Made by a program: the position numbers and the translations under genes | NCBI GenBank assembly: GCA_963811105.1 | Contig: CAWEPZ010000011.1 | Span: 800,001-864,000 of the forward strand | Source: Candidatus Bathyarchaeota archaeon | GTDB taxonomy: Archaea; Thermoproteota; Bathyarchaeia; Bathyarchaeales; Bathycorpusculaceae | DNA length: 64,000 bases | Direction of reading: 5' to 3' | The notes under the pieces: model-generated | The model's database searches: none | Told to the model about the DNA's origin: nothing | Seen by the model: only the letters and a program-made list of their open reading frames with translations | Shown here: in pieces, positions 7,455 to 17,158 of the stretch | How positions within the stretch are numbered: position 1 is the first letter of the stretch | How the letters are laid out: each line of letters begins with the position of its first letter

Positions 7455-10010
7455 TTATGGTCGTTTTCGTAGGAGTAGTAAGCCAACTATTGCTACTGCG
7501 ATGATTATGGCAATCGCTGCTACTGCAATGGCGTACATTATTGGTGTGTTGTCAGCTTGTAAGGCGACTGTTGTGGGTGTTGGAGAAGTTGCTGCTGCTG
7601 CACCGACTGAAATAGCAGTTGATGCAGATGAGCTACCATAGGAATCGTCGCCTGCGAAAGAAGCGATAATCTTGTAGTCTCCTTCGATTGGTGGAGTCCA
7701 GGTCTTGCTGAAAGTTCCGTAGTATCCGTCTGTTGTAACGGTTCCAATGTTTTCAGAGTTGCCGTTAGAATCAAGCGCGGTTAAGGTCACTGGAACTCCA
7801 GTTATTGATTCGTTATGCCACAATCCATCGATCGGCCACTGTTTGTGCAAGTATGCCATCCACGTGCTCATAGATTCTTTAGATACGCAAGGTGTGCCTG
7901 GCTGAGCGGGAGACATATCAAGTACTGTGCCTTTTATCACAATACCGTTTCCTTTTGGCATTACAACGTCAGGCGCTGTAATTGCTGTTGCGCTTTTGCC
8001 CTTGCCGATGACGAACATGGTACCGGAATAGTGGTCGTCAATTGCGAGGTAACCGTCGGCCATGGCACCTTGAAATATCCTACTATCTACTCCTGATCCC
8101 GGCAAGTTCCATATTTCTTCACCTGTTGTGGCGTTGATGGCGAACCACTTCCATCCTCTTGTGATTGGCTCTGAGGGCGTGTGTTCACTATTGTAGGTAA
8201 AGATCTTCCCGTCGGCAACGTAAAGCGAACTGTGCCAAGAATATACGGTTGAACCATTTTGGTCTGTATAAGGTGTCTCATAAGGATCTGCTGGTGCTTC
8301 AAATTTCCAAACAATCTTTCCGTTGGTCCAATTGAATGCGTAAAGCGCTTCGTATGTTCCGCTGTAAATCATGCCGTAAGCTGATTCTGAACTGTAACTC
8401 CAGAAATCGCCCCATGGATTTGTTGTTTGTTCGCCTTGCCACAATTGTTTTCCTGTTAAAGCATCCCAGCATAACCATTGCCTATCTTCCAATACGCCCA
8501 TGGCTAACTTTCCGTTCTCAACAAGAACAGCTCCAGAACTGGTTTCAATTTTGTCAGTTGTAAAGTTCCATAACTCTTGGCCGGTTATCATGTTTGCAGC
8601 TCTCAGTTCTGTTCCAGTGAATGCGTTTCCTGATTCTGGCCTTACTGCGGCAATTGCTACTCCTGTGCCAAAGTCTTGAGTGTTGCCTAAGTCGGCCCAT
8701 GGCCAAGTTATGTTATTCACTATTCTTGCAGTGAAGGCGGTGGCGGTTCCAAGTGTTGTCCAGTTGATCAAACGGTATCCTCGCGTGCCGCCAAGGTTCT
8801 GCACCGTCAAGGCGTACCCGTTCATGTAGTACTTGCCTGTCGTCAAGGGAGCAATCGAGCCGTTGAAGGACAGGGCGCCATTGTTTGGATTATACTTTCT
8901 CAGATATCCGCCGCCTATTGACAAAAGCTGTGGTACAGTTGGTTTTGCTCCTTCGCCAGGGACCGCCAAACTCGACTCACCATATTCTATGAGGTTTGGT
9001 TCCGATTCACCTGAATATAGTGGTCTTTCCCAGAATAATTCTCCGGTGCGTATGTCATAGCACTGCCAATAATTTTGACTGCCTGGTCCATTTGGACTAA
9101 CTTTGCTAACCACTTGGTAAGCTCTTCCAGATAAGATCACCGATGGATAACCGCTATCACCCTCTATGGTTAGAGTCCCAGTATCCCCTCCAAGAAGACC
9201 TCCCAGACTATTCTCTCGTTTCCATACTATGTGTGCACTGTTTGGCGCTTGAACCCATGCAGCGAACCTAGCCAAAGGTTCCCTGGATATTCCCATTCTG
9301 TAGGTACTGGTGTTAGGGTAGAGTTCATCCCACATCGGACCTCCTCCTGGACCAAACCACGGAAAATTCCCTGCAATCGACCACCATTCTCTATATTCAG
9401 GAGGTATTGGTCTTGTCCAGTAGTCTGTTGGCAAAGGGATCGTAGGAAAAGAGGCAACCAAGTCTTTCTGCACGATAAGGGTTTCCTCTGGTGTGGAGCT
9501 TGGATAATAGTAGGCTGAGCCAAGAGCTGAACCCGTGTTGTTAGCGACGATGTATCCTTTAGAATAATTTCCTGCTGGAAAATACGTGCCTGGAAATTCA
9601 AATTTGATCTTCCATGTGCCAACTTGGTCGGCTGTGTATTCAAACCATGCAGTTGCATCTGCATCATAAGAATTCATCGTACGGATGTCTTTGGTTCCAT
9701 CTGGCTTTGTGATTGTTACTTTATATCCTGGTTCAAATCGGTCTACATGAATTGAAGGCGACGTCCATACGTTGACCAAGAAAGGCTGGCCGATCCCTAC
9801 GGGGTTAGGTCTAAAGCTGATAAACGCCTGAGTTTTTTCTGTGTTATCAACAGTTACGCCAGCTGGTAGTGGTCCGCTAACTGGTTGTTGAGCAGCAAGT
9901 TGAGCTTTGATGGGCATTGCTATCAGAGAAACAGAAGTTATCATTAAAATCATAACAACTATTGCAGATATTTTTGATTTGTCCAATGAAAAACGCATTT
10001 TTTTCACCAA
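7455..10010 (-). CDS. Large secreted Ig/beta-propeller surface protein, paralog 3
   Basis: 851 aa. Signal peptide, all family blocks, C-terminal TM plus RKRP. Confidence 0.95.
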   Translation of the reverse strand: MVKKMRFSLDKSKISAIVVMILMITSVSLIAMPIKAQLAAQQPVSGPLPAGVTVDNTEKTQAFISFRPNPVGIGQPFLVNVWTSPSIHVDRFEPGYKVTITKPDGTKDIRTMNSYDADATAWFEYTADQVGTWKIKFEFPGTYFPAGNYSKGYIVANNTGSALGSAYYYPSSTPEETLIVQKDLVASFPTIPLPTDYWTRPIPPEYREWWSIAGNFPWFGPGGGPMWDELYPNTSTYRMGISREPLARFAAWVQAPNSAHIVWKRENSLGGLLGGDTGTLTIEGDSGYPSVILSGRAYQVVSKVSPNGPGSQNYWQCYDIRTGELFWERPLYSGESEPNLIEYGESSLAVPGEGAKPTVPQLLSIGGGYLRKYNPNNGALSFNGSIAPLTTGKYYMNGYALTVQNLGGTRGYRLINWTTLGTATAFTARIVNNITWPWADLGNTQDFGTGVAIAAVRPESGNAFTGTELRAANMITGQELWNFTTDKIETSSGAVLVENGKLAMGVLEDRQWLCWDALTGKQLWQGEQTTNPWGDFWSYSSESAYGMIYSGTYEALYAFNWTNGKIVWKFEAPADPYETPYTDQNGSTVYSWHSSLYVADGKIFTYNSEHTPSEPITRGWKWFAINATTGEEIWNLPGSGVDSRIFQGAMADGYLAIDDHYSGTMFVIGKGKSATAITAPDVVMPKGNGIVIKGTVLDMSPAQPGTPCVSKESMSTWMAYLHKQWPIDGLWHNESITGVPVTLTALDSNGNSENIGTVTTDGYYGTFSKTWTPPIEGDYKIIASFAGDDSYGSSSASTAISVGAAAATSPTPTTVALQADNTPIMYAIAVAAIAIIIAVAIVGLLLLRKRP

Positions 10011-10061
10011 TTTGTTTCCTTGTACTTCTAGAAACGGCTTTTACTATATAACGTTTAATCC

Positions 10062-10074
10062 ATAATACTTTGCA
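10062..10074 (-). promoter_or_regulatory. 13-bp upstream motif TGCAAAGTATTAT shared with paralog 8 (BRE/TATA-like or operator)
   Basis: Identical 13-mer at 46734-46746 upstream of the 44144-46660 gene. Confidence 0.45.
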
Positions 10075-10421
10075 TGATTTGCGAAAAGTGTGCAAAAATA
10101 TCTTCTTTCATGATTATGGATGAAAGAAGTATTATTCAATACATCGTCACTAAGATTAACATGATGGAACTTTATTATCAAGCGAAGCGGACATAAAAGG
10201 TTGCCAACCCCAAAAACCCACACGCGAACGACAAAGCGATTAAATGCAAGAACAGCGAATAGAACTTCGGTGGACGAAATAGAAAAAGAAAAGCATTGGG
10301 TAATCGCCCCCAACTTTATAAAGGGTTTTTTGGTGTGAAATACATTAACTTAGCAATCAAGGCACTTCATCTATTCTACATTTGAATTTTCTTCTACAAG
10401 AAAGAAATATTTAACGAGAAC

Positions 10422-10438
10422 AAAAAAGGAAAAAGGAA
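10422..10438 (-). terminator. U-rich terminator of paralog 4
   Basis: Minus-strand TTCCTTTTTCCTTTTTT after the stop at 10457. Confidence 0.5.
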
Positions 10439-10456
10439 TTTGTTTCTTGTTTTGTT

Positions 10457-13069
10457 TTATTTTTTCTTCAGTAACAGCACACCGATTATAGCGATTGCAA
10501 TGATTATAGCGATTACTCCAGCGACAATGTACATTGCTAATGAATCAGTTGTGGTTTGTCCCAAGTTTATCGTATTAGTAGTTGGTGCTGTTGAGGCCTG
10601 CGCGTCAACGACGATGGCATGTGATTCTGCCCATGAACTGCCATAAGAGTTAGTGCCTGCAAAAGTTGCTGTAATCTGCCAGTTGCCTGCCATTGTTGGT
10701 GTCCATGCGAAGGCGTATGTTCCACTCACGTCACTTACTGTATTTCCAATGTGCACTGAGTTGCCATTGGGGTCGACTGCATCAATAGAGATTGGAACGC
10801 CAGTGATAGTTACGTTGTTGTATAACCCGCCGATTGGCATTTCCATATGTAAGTATTCCATATATGTGGTCATTGAAGCGTCTGATACGCATGCTTTTCC
10901 TGTTTGCGCTGGTGATTGATCTAAGACAGTCCCTGAAATGACTGCTTTTGCTCCTGTAGCTATTTGCATCTGTGGTACTGAAACTGTGGTTGCACTTTGT
11001 CCTTTGCCGAAAACATACATATATCCGTCATACGAGTTAGAAGCTGTTAAGTATCCGTCTGCAACTGCACCTGGACTCATTGAACCCGTTATGTTCCATA
11101 CACCTACACCTGTAGCAAAGTCAATAGCGAATAGTTTCCATCCTCTTACTAATGGTTGACTTGGCGTGTGTTCAGTGTTATATGCGAAAACTTTGCCATC
11201 AGCAATTGAAACTCCTGAAAAGAATGGATATACACTTGTACCGTTAGCGTCAACGTAAGGCGTTTCATATGCCGATGCCGGCGCTTCAAACTGCCAAGAT
11301 ATGTGTCCAGTTGCCCAATCTATAGCATAGATACCGTCATAACTTGAACCAATGATTTTACCGCTGTATGAAGAAACGCTGTATGCCCACCAGTCACCCC
11401 ATGGGTAACCTGTGGAGTCACTTGTCCAAAGTTTTTGTCCTGTTCGCCCGTCATAGCAGTTCCAATGTCTTCCTTGCATTGCGCAAGCTAGTTTTCCGTG
11501 GTCAACAACTAGTTCACTTGAGCTTTCACATGTTTCAGGGTCAGTTATGTTGAATAGCAACTTTCCTGTGTTTAGGTCTGCTGCCATTATTCTTGTACCA
11601 TAGAATGCGCCAAGGTTCGGGTATAGACTACTTGATAGTGTAGCGGAAATTCCTGCTTGATAGTCACATGTGCCTAGACTGCTAAATGGAAATGTCACAT
11701 TGCTGACTATTCTTGCGGTGAAGTTGTCAGTCACCAGTGAACCAAAAGTTACTCCGTTAACTTCTTCGGTTGAAGTGCTTCTCTCAATGGTCCATTTGAT
11801 TAAGCAATATTGGTTTGCAGTGGCATTTATTGTCTGTATGCTGTAGACAAAGGGGTCTGCGTAGAGTGTTCCTGCTGAAATGCCTGTTGAAGGTCCCGTA
11901 ACATTAAAGGTGACAGCACCTGTCAATGGATTGTAATAGATGATTCTTCCGCTTGCAGTTGTTGTAGGTGAAGTTATTGATACAAAGTAGACTGATACGC
12001 CCGTAGCGGCTTCTGCCCCTGGGACTTCTCCTATGCTCCGGTCATAATGAATTGCTGTTGGTGCTGACTGTCCTGTTGCCAAGGGAATCTGCCAGTATAT
12101 TTGTCCAGTTTGAAGGTCATAGCATTGCCATACACTTTGAGAAGTGGTTCCAGTTGAACTTGCTTGGGTTACTGTTTGGTAGCATCGTCCTTGGTAGATA
12201 ATGCTTGGACTTCCGCCTCCACTTGCCATAACATAATCACCGTTATCTCCTCCGAGCATTCCTGAGATGGCGCCTTGTCGCATCCAAACTATATGTGCAC
12301 TATTTGGTGCTTGAACGTAAGGAGTATAGTGATAGTTGCTAGCATAGGGGTTTGTATCTGCTGGTGGGTTGGTCATGGTGCCTGTGTATGGATAGTTGCC
12401 AAGAATTGATGCCCATTCTCTGTTCATTGGTTCTACTGGTCGGCTCCAATAGTCTGTAGGTAGTGCAGATGGTGGATATGAGAGAACTGGGGCACTTTGA
12501 ACTGTCAGTTTTTGTTCATTGGTAGAACAAGACGAATAGTATGCTGAGTCAAGATAGCGTTGTGCAGGTTCCGCATATCCTCCTGCGATGTTGCCTGCTG
12601 GGAAGTATCCGCCTGCGAATATTGCTTTGAATTGATATGTTCCAACTTGGTCAGGTGTGTATTGGAACCATGCCGATGCGTCTCCACCGTAGGTATGGAT
12701 GTTATCAACTGTCTGTGTTGTTCCGTCAGGTTCTGTTATGACAACTGAGATTCCTGTTAGATATCGGTTGTAGTGTGTTGGTGGGTTGAACCAAATGTTT
12801 ACTAGAAGTTGTTGGTTGACGCCTACTGGTTGGGGAGAGAAGCTTAGAAAAATCAATGTGTTTACTGTTATGTTAGCTGTAACACCTGAAGGTAGTGGTA
12901 TGCTTCCTTGAAGTCTAGGATTTTGGGCTGACGTTTCTCCAGAAAGATGAATATTGTTGTCCTGTGCTTTAACTGGTGATTGCATTACGAGAGTTAACGA
13001 GATCATCAATATTATCAAAGCGATTGCAATTGCGGTTTTTTTTAGATTTGTTGAAGATTTAATGTTCAT
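10457..13069 (-). CDS. Large secreted Ig/beta-propeller surface protein, paralog 4
   Basis: 870 aa. GGAG RBS, signal peptide, family blocks, TM plus KKK. Confidence 0.95.
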   Translation of the reverse strand: MNIKSSTNLKKTAIAIALIILMISLTLVMQSPVKAQDNNIHLSGETSAQNPRLQGSIPLPSGVTANITVNTLIFLSFSPQPVGVNQQLLVNIWFNPPTHYNRYLTGISVVITEPDGTTQTVDNIHTYGGDASAWFQYTPDQVGTYQFKAIFAGGYFPAGNIAGGYAEPAQRYLDSAYYSSCSTNEQKLTVQSAPVLSYPPSALPTDYWSRPVEPMNREWASILGNYPYTGTMTNPPADTNPYASNYHYTPYVQAPNSAHIVWMRQGAISGMLGGDNGDYVMASGGGSPSIIYQGRCYQTVTQASSTGTTSQSVWQCYDLQTGQIYWQIPLATGQSAPTAIHYDRSIGEVPGAEAATGVSVYFVSITSPTTTASGRIIYYNPLTGAVTFNVTGPSTGISAGTLYADPFVYSIQTINATANQYCLIKWTIERSTSTEEVNGVTFGSLVTDNFTARIVSNVTFPFSSLGTCDYQAGISATLSSSLYPNLGAFYGTRIMAADLNTGKLLFNITDPETCESSSELVVDHGKLACAMQGRHWNCYDGRTGQKLWTSDSTGYPWGDWWAYSVSSYSGKIIGSSYDGIYAIDWATGHISWQFEAPASAYETPYVDANGTSVYPFFSGVSIADGKVFAYNTEHTPSQPLVRGWKLFAIDFATGVGVWNITGSMSPGAVADGYLTASNSYDGYMYVFGKGQSATTVSVPQMQIATGAKAVISGTVLDQSPAQTGKACVSDASMTTYMEYLHMEMPIGGLYNNVTITGVPISIDAVDPNGNSVHIGNTVSDVSGTYAFAWTPTMAGNWQITATFAGTNSYGSSWAESHAIVVDAQASTAPTTNTINLGQTTTDSLAMYIVAGVIAIIIAIAIIGVLLLKKK

Positions 13070-13090
13070 TTGTTTTTCTCCTGAATTTAA

Positions 13091-13125
13091 AACGAAAGCT
13101 CCAAGGCTTTTCGTTATTGGAGCTT
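13091..13125 (-). promoter_or_regulatory. Overlapping inverted repeats between the TATA box and RBS of paralog 4
   Basis: AAGCTCCAA (13096-13104) / TTGGAGCTT (13117-13125) overlaps AACGAAAGC / GCTTTTCGTT (13091-13115). TATA-like CTTATAAG at 13140-13147. Confidence 0.55.
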
Positions 13126-13273
13126 GCTGAGCGAAGTTGCTTATAAGATTTTGCTGAATGCCCCTTTTCGACTCATTTTCTGAAATATGTCCCGGAATTA
13201 TTAAAACTCGAACAGGTTAACACATAACTGAGGAGAAGACACAAAAAAAGTTTGTGGCACACAAAAGGGAGCC

Positions 13274-13813
13274 TTAGACGGTTGTGCGTATATCGTAGCT
13301 GACTATTGCTATTTCACCGTTGGCGATCGCTTGGTTAACTGCGTCGTGGGCAACCAAGAAATAACGTTGCGTGCCAGCGCTATCTATTTGTAAAATTGCT
13401 AATCCGACTTCTCTAATTGTTATGGTTTCGCCGCTTCCATTCACAAGCACTCGTGCGATTACTGTGTCAACGTTTGCGCCGACAACACCAGAAGAACCCA
13501 CTGCTGTAGCTTGATATTGTTGATTTGCGCTTGAACCTTGAGCAGTTAAAGTTTGCATAGCATAATCAAGCGACGCTGGCGCCGTTGTTCCTGTTCCCAC
13601 TAATATGCCATAGGTCGTAGTTGCTGCAGGCGTATTAGCCGCAGACTCATTACCCCACGTGAAACTTGCAGTTGCATAGCCTAGCTGTCTCAAAGTGTTA
13701 CCTGCATCTCTAACGCAAGATGAATTAGCAACTGGGTCAGAACTGCAGGTGATATGACTAGCATAAAAATTGAAGAGTACATCAACCGATCCTAAATTTG
13801 AGATGCTCGCCAC
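13274..13813 (-). CDS. Virion structural / tail-collar-like protein (probably an orphan, 5'-degenerate viral gene)
   Basis: GILVGTGTTAPASLDYAMQT...RVLVNGSGETITIREVGL resembles the (A/V)G.G...P....AL...TIRE(I/V)GL pattern of tail-fibre attachment/collar domains. No signal peptide or TM. Confidence 0.45.
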   Translation of the reverse strand: MASISNLGSVDVLFNFYASHITCSSDPVANSSCVRDAGNTLRQLGYATASFTWGNESAANTPAATTTYGILVGTGTTAPASLDYAMQTLTAQGSSANQQYQATAVGSSGVVGANVDTVIARVLVNGSGETITIREVGLAILQIDSAGTQRYFLVAHDAVNQAIANGEIAIVSYDIRTTV

Positions 13814-13931
13814 GTAAGTAAGTAAGGGGCGAGTAGTTCACTTTTCAATCCAGAACCTAGTCAGCTCTAGGTTTTTTCGATCGATTATTAGACAAAGAAA
13901 AGAGAAGGTGGTTTGTTGTGGTCTGGTTTGT

Positions 13932-16568
13932 TTATCGTTTTCTGAGTACTAACATGATTGCTATGGCGGAGAGTACAACTACAATTGCTATTCCGATTGC
14001 TGCGGCTATGATTGTCATGGTATAATCTGGTATTACGACTCCTGCTTGAGTCGCGGATGCTTGAGGTGATGCCCCAACTGAGGCGTAGGTTGTTGCGAAT
14101 GAGCTACCGTATGAGTCGTCGCCCTTGAAAGATGCTGTAATAGCGTATTGTCCGTCGATTTCTGGCGTCCATGTGAAGCCGAAAGTGCCAGAGTATCCGT
14201 TGGTAGTTGTGTCGCCGACATGTATGTAGTTGCCGTTTGGATCAACCGCGTCGATTGACACAGGAACACCTGTTATCACATCGTTGTGACTTAAACCGTC
14301 GATGGGAAGCTGCATGTGGAGGTACTCCATTTGCGTGGTCATTGAGCCTTTGGATACGCAGGCTGTTCCAGGCTGGGCGGGGGATTGATCTAGCACTGTG
14401 CCTTTTATTACAATGCTGGTTCCTTTCGGAACAGCCATGTCGGGCGTTGTTAATGTTGTGTCGCTTTTGCCTTTGCCAAACACGTACATGTACCCGTCAT
14501 AAGCGTTTGAGCCTGTTAAGTAGCCGTCGGCGACTGCGCCAGGTGACATACGTCCGGAGATGTTCCATATTCCTTCGCCTGTGGTGATGTTGATTGCATG
14601 GAGCCTGTATCCTCTGGGTATGGGTTCGCTGACAGAGTGCTCATCAGAGTAAGCGTAAAGGACACCGTCTGCAATGCGCGAAGTGCTAGTGAAGAATGGA
14701 TAGTATTCTTCGCCTGTGTTGTCATCGCCGTAAACTGATTCATATGGGTAGTCGGGATGGGATTTGTAACGCCAGGTTACCTTGCCAGTAGTCCAGTTGT
14801 ATGCAACGACTCCGTCATACTGGTTGGAGATAATGTTGCCGCCGTATGATTGTACACCGTAGCATCCGAAGGTTCCCCAAGGCCAACTTGAAAGCTCGCT
14901 AACCCACAGTTCTTTCCCAGTTTTCAGATCCCAGCAGTGCCAGTGTCCATCGTTTAAGCGTACTGCGAATTTGCCGTGATCAGCGACAGATGTGCTTCCG
15001 CTGAAAAAGCCTCCGGTACCTTTCGTAGCATCGGTAGATGTATTCCAAAGCAACTGTCCTGTGAGTATGTTCGCACCCATTATTATTTGGCCATAAGTGA
15101 CTCCTGTGCTGGAAGTTGTAATTCCAGCAGTAACGACAGCTACATTAGCTTCATAATCGACTACACCTAAGCTGCTGAATGGCCAAGTAATGTTGCTAGA
15201 TATGCCAAGTCTGAAGTTTCCTAGGCTGAACCCCACTGTGTCTCCTGCCAAAGTCCAGTTGATTAAGCGATATCGACCGCCGGCTGCACTTGCTGCGCCA
15301 GCGCCAAGATCCTGTACAGTTAGGAAATAGGGCCAATCGTAAGAAGCATAGTAAGTGCCTGTTGTCAATGGGGAAATTGACATGTTAACTTTCACCGCTC
15401 CTGTAAAAGCATTGTATGTTATTAGTCGTCCGCCGCCGACGTACATGAGGTCAATTCTCATGCCTAAAGTGCTCGCCGTTTCACCTGGCACTACATCAAT
15501 CTCCCGTTCACTATACATAATCATTGTTGGAGCTTGGCTTCCGATTCCTGTCTGTTCCCAATATACTTGTCCCGTCCGCAGGTCATAGCATTGCCAAACG
15601 CTTGTAGGCATGTCGTAGTAAGTGCCGTTGACCAACGTTTTTGCAACTTTAGTAACGGTTTGATAGCATCGACCGTTATAGATGATCGATGGGCCGCCGC
15701 CGCCGTTCTGGAATGATGCGATTCCTACAGTGCCTCCAACAAGTCCGCCATCAACACCTGCTTGTTTCCAGACTATGTGCGCGCTCTTTGGTCCTTGAAC
15801 ATAGGGGATGTACCCATAGTTACTCATGTACTTGTTTGTGTCGGCTGGCCAATCAGCTAAGCTAACACCGCGTCCCACGCCTGCTACGATTCCAGTGCTA
15901 GGATAGTTGCCGAGTATGCTCCACCACTCTCTGTTCAATGCGGATACTGGTCTTGTCCAATAGTCCGTTGGAAGTGGAGAACCTGGCCAAGACATAACCG
16001 GTTCATTCTGTACTGTAAAATTGTATGGTCCGTCGCTGCTGGGTTTATAGTAGACTGATAAGGGAGCATTGAGGGGAGCCATGCCCTGTCCGGCGTAGTA
16101 AGAGTCTTCCGGCACGGTGTAGTTTCCGGCTGGGTAGTAGTTTCCTGGGAAGTCAAATTTGATTGTCCAATTGCCAAGTTGGGCGGGCGTATACTCGAAC
16201 CATGCTGTTGCATCGCCGTTGTAGGTCGTCAATGGCCCGAATGTTTCGGCTGTTCCGTCTGGCTTTGTAATGGTCACCATATATCCTGTAAGGACTCGAG
16301 CTACGTGGATTGGTGGTTGCAACCACAGGTTAACCAGCATGGGTTGATTGATTCCAACTGGGTTTGGTCTGAAGCTCATGTGTGCGATGGTTTCATATGA
16401 CACGTCAGGAGTAACGCCTGAAGGCAACGGTATTCCTTTGCCATCCCGATTATTTGTGGTTTGGGTTTGGGCATGTGCAGGTACAGAAAACATCATAATT
16501 GAAGAAGCCATCAAAAGTGCGAATAAGATTGCAATAGTTTTTTTCGCCATATTTGTATTATTTTTCAT
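13932..16568 (-). CDS. Large secreted Ig/beta-propeller surface protein, paralog 5
   Basis: 878 aa. Signal peptide (VPAHA/Q), family blocks, TM plus RKR. Confidence 0.95.
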   Translation of the reverse strand: MKNNTNMAKKTIAILFALLMASSIMMFSVPAHAQTQTTNNRDGKGIPLPSGVTPDVSYETIAHMSFRPNPVGINQPMLVNLWLQPPIHVARVLTGYMVTITKPDGTAETFGPLTTYNGDATAWFEYTPAQLGNWTIKFDFPGNYYPAGNYTVPEDSYYAGQGMAPLNAPLSVYYKPSSDGPYNFTVQNEPVMSWPGSPLPTDYWTRPVSALNREWWSILGNYPSTGIVAGVGRGVSLADWPADTNKYMSNYGYIPYVQGPKSAHIVWKQAGVDGGLVGGTVGIASFQNGGGGPSIIYNGRCYQTVTKVAKTLVNGTYYDMPTSVWQCYDLRTGQVYWEQTGIGSQAPTMIMYSEREIDVVPGETASTLGMRIDLMYVGGGRLITYNAFTGAVKVNMSISPLTTGTYYASYDWPYFLTVQDLGAGAASAAGGRYRLINWTLAGDTVGFSLGNFRLGISSNITWPFSSLGVVDYEANVAVVTAGITTSSTGVTYGQIIMGANILTGQLLWNTSTDATKGTGGFFSGSTSVADHGKFAVRLNDGHWHCWDLKTGKELWVSELSSWPWGTFGCYGVQSYGGNIISNQYDGVVAYNWTTGKVTWRYKSHPDYPYESVYGDDNTGEEYYPFFTSTSRIADGVLYAYSDEHSVSEPIPRGYRLHAINITTGEGIWNISGRMSPGAVADGYLTGSNAYDGYMYVFGKGKSDTTLTTPDMAVPKGTSIVIKGTVLDQSPAQPGTACVSKGSMTTQMEYLHMQLPIDGLSHNDVITGVPVSIDAVDPNGNYIHVGDTTTNGYSGTFGFTWTPEIDGQYAITASFKGDDSYGSSFATTYASVGASPQASATQAGVVIPDYTMTIIAAAIGIAIVVVLSAIAIMLVLRKR

Positions 16569-16597
16569 CTTTTTTTCTTTCCTTTTTTATATAATGG

Positions 16598-16616
16598 GCA
16601 AGTTTTGAAAACTTGC
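16598..16616. promoter_or_regulatory. Perfect palindrome (operator candidate) upstream of paralog 5
   Basis: GCAAGTTTT-G-AAAACTTGC, 30 bp upstream of the start codon. Confidence 0.55.
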
Positions 16617-16801
16617 ACCTAAACGAACTAATCGTGTTAACTAATTAATATAATATAGTGGAAAGTAGCCACTGACGACACTAGACGCAATGTAACTTTT
16701 GAGCTCGAGAGGGTTTCACGAATTTGAAAACGAGGCAGAACTGGAAACTTTTTTAATCCAACCAATTACATTTATACTGTCCATTTTTTCTCTCCCTTTT
16801 C

Positions 16802-16924
16802 TTAGTTGGTTTGTTCTTGATCTTCATCGCTTGGATATTGATACTTGTAGCATTCTTCCAGATTCCAACAAACCCGACGTCGACGCAGTATCAGATGCCG
16901 CCGCCACCACCAGCAATGACCTAA
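16802..16924 (+). pseudogene. C-terminal fragment of a DUF996-like membrane protein
   Basis: Frame not in the ORF track: LVGLFLIFIAWILILVAFFQIPTNPTSTQYQMPPPPPAMT*, followed by a T-rich terminator. No start codon or upstream homology. Confidence 0.55.
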
Positions 16925-17158
16925 ACCCATTTTTTTCTCTTTTTTTATTCCCCTTAGACATGTTATCAAAAGTTTATTCTTCACTTTATCATGCAACGAA
17001 AACTCGTCATATCCATTTTTTGGGTTAGGGACAAGAATTTCCACGCACAAATTTCAAATAATTATCCATAATGACTCTTAATCTTAAATAGAAAAGCAAC
17101 TTAGAGCACAAACAACAAAATTTGCCTCAAACAAAGCAGGAGCAGAAGCCTCTTGCAC

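Noticed and set aside
16699-17050. ORF-track proteins 16699-17028 (+) and 16802-17050 (-)
   Set aside because: Off-frame and antisense readings of the DUF996-like fragment and its terminator.
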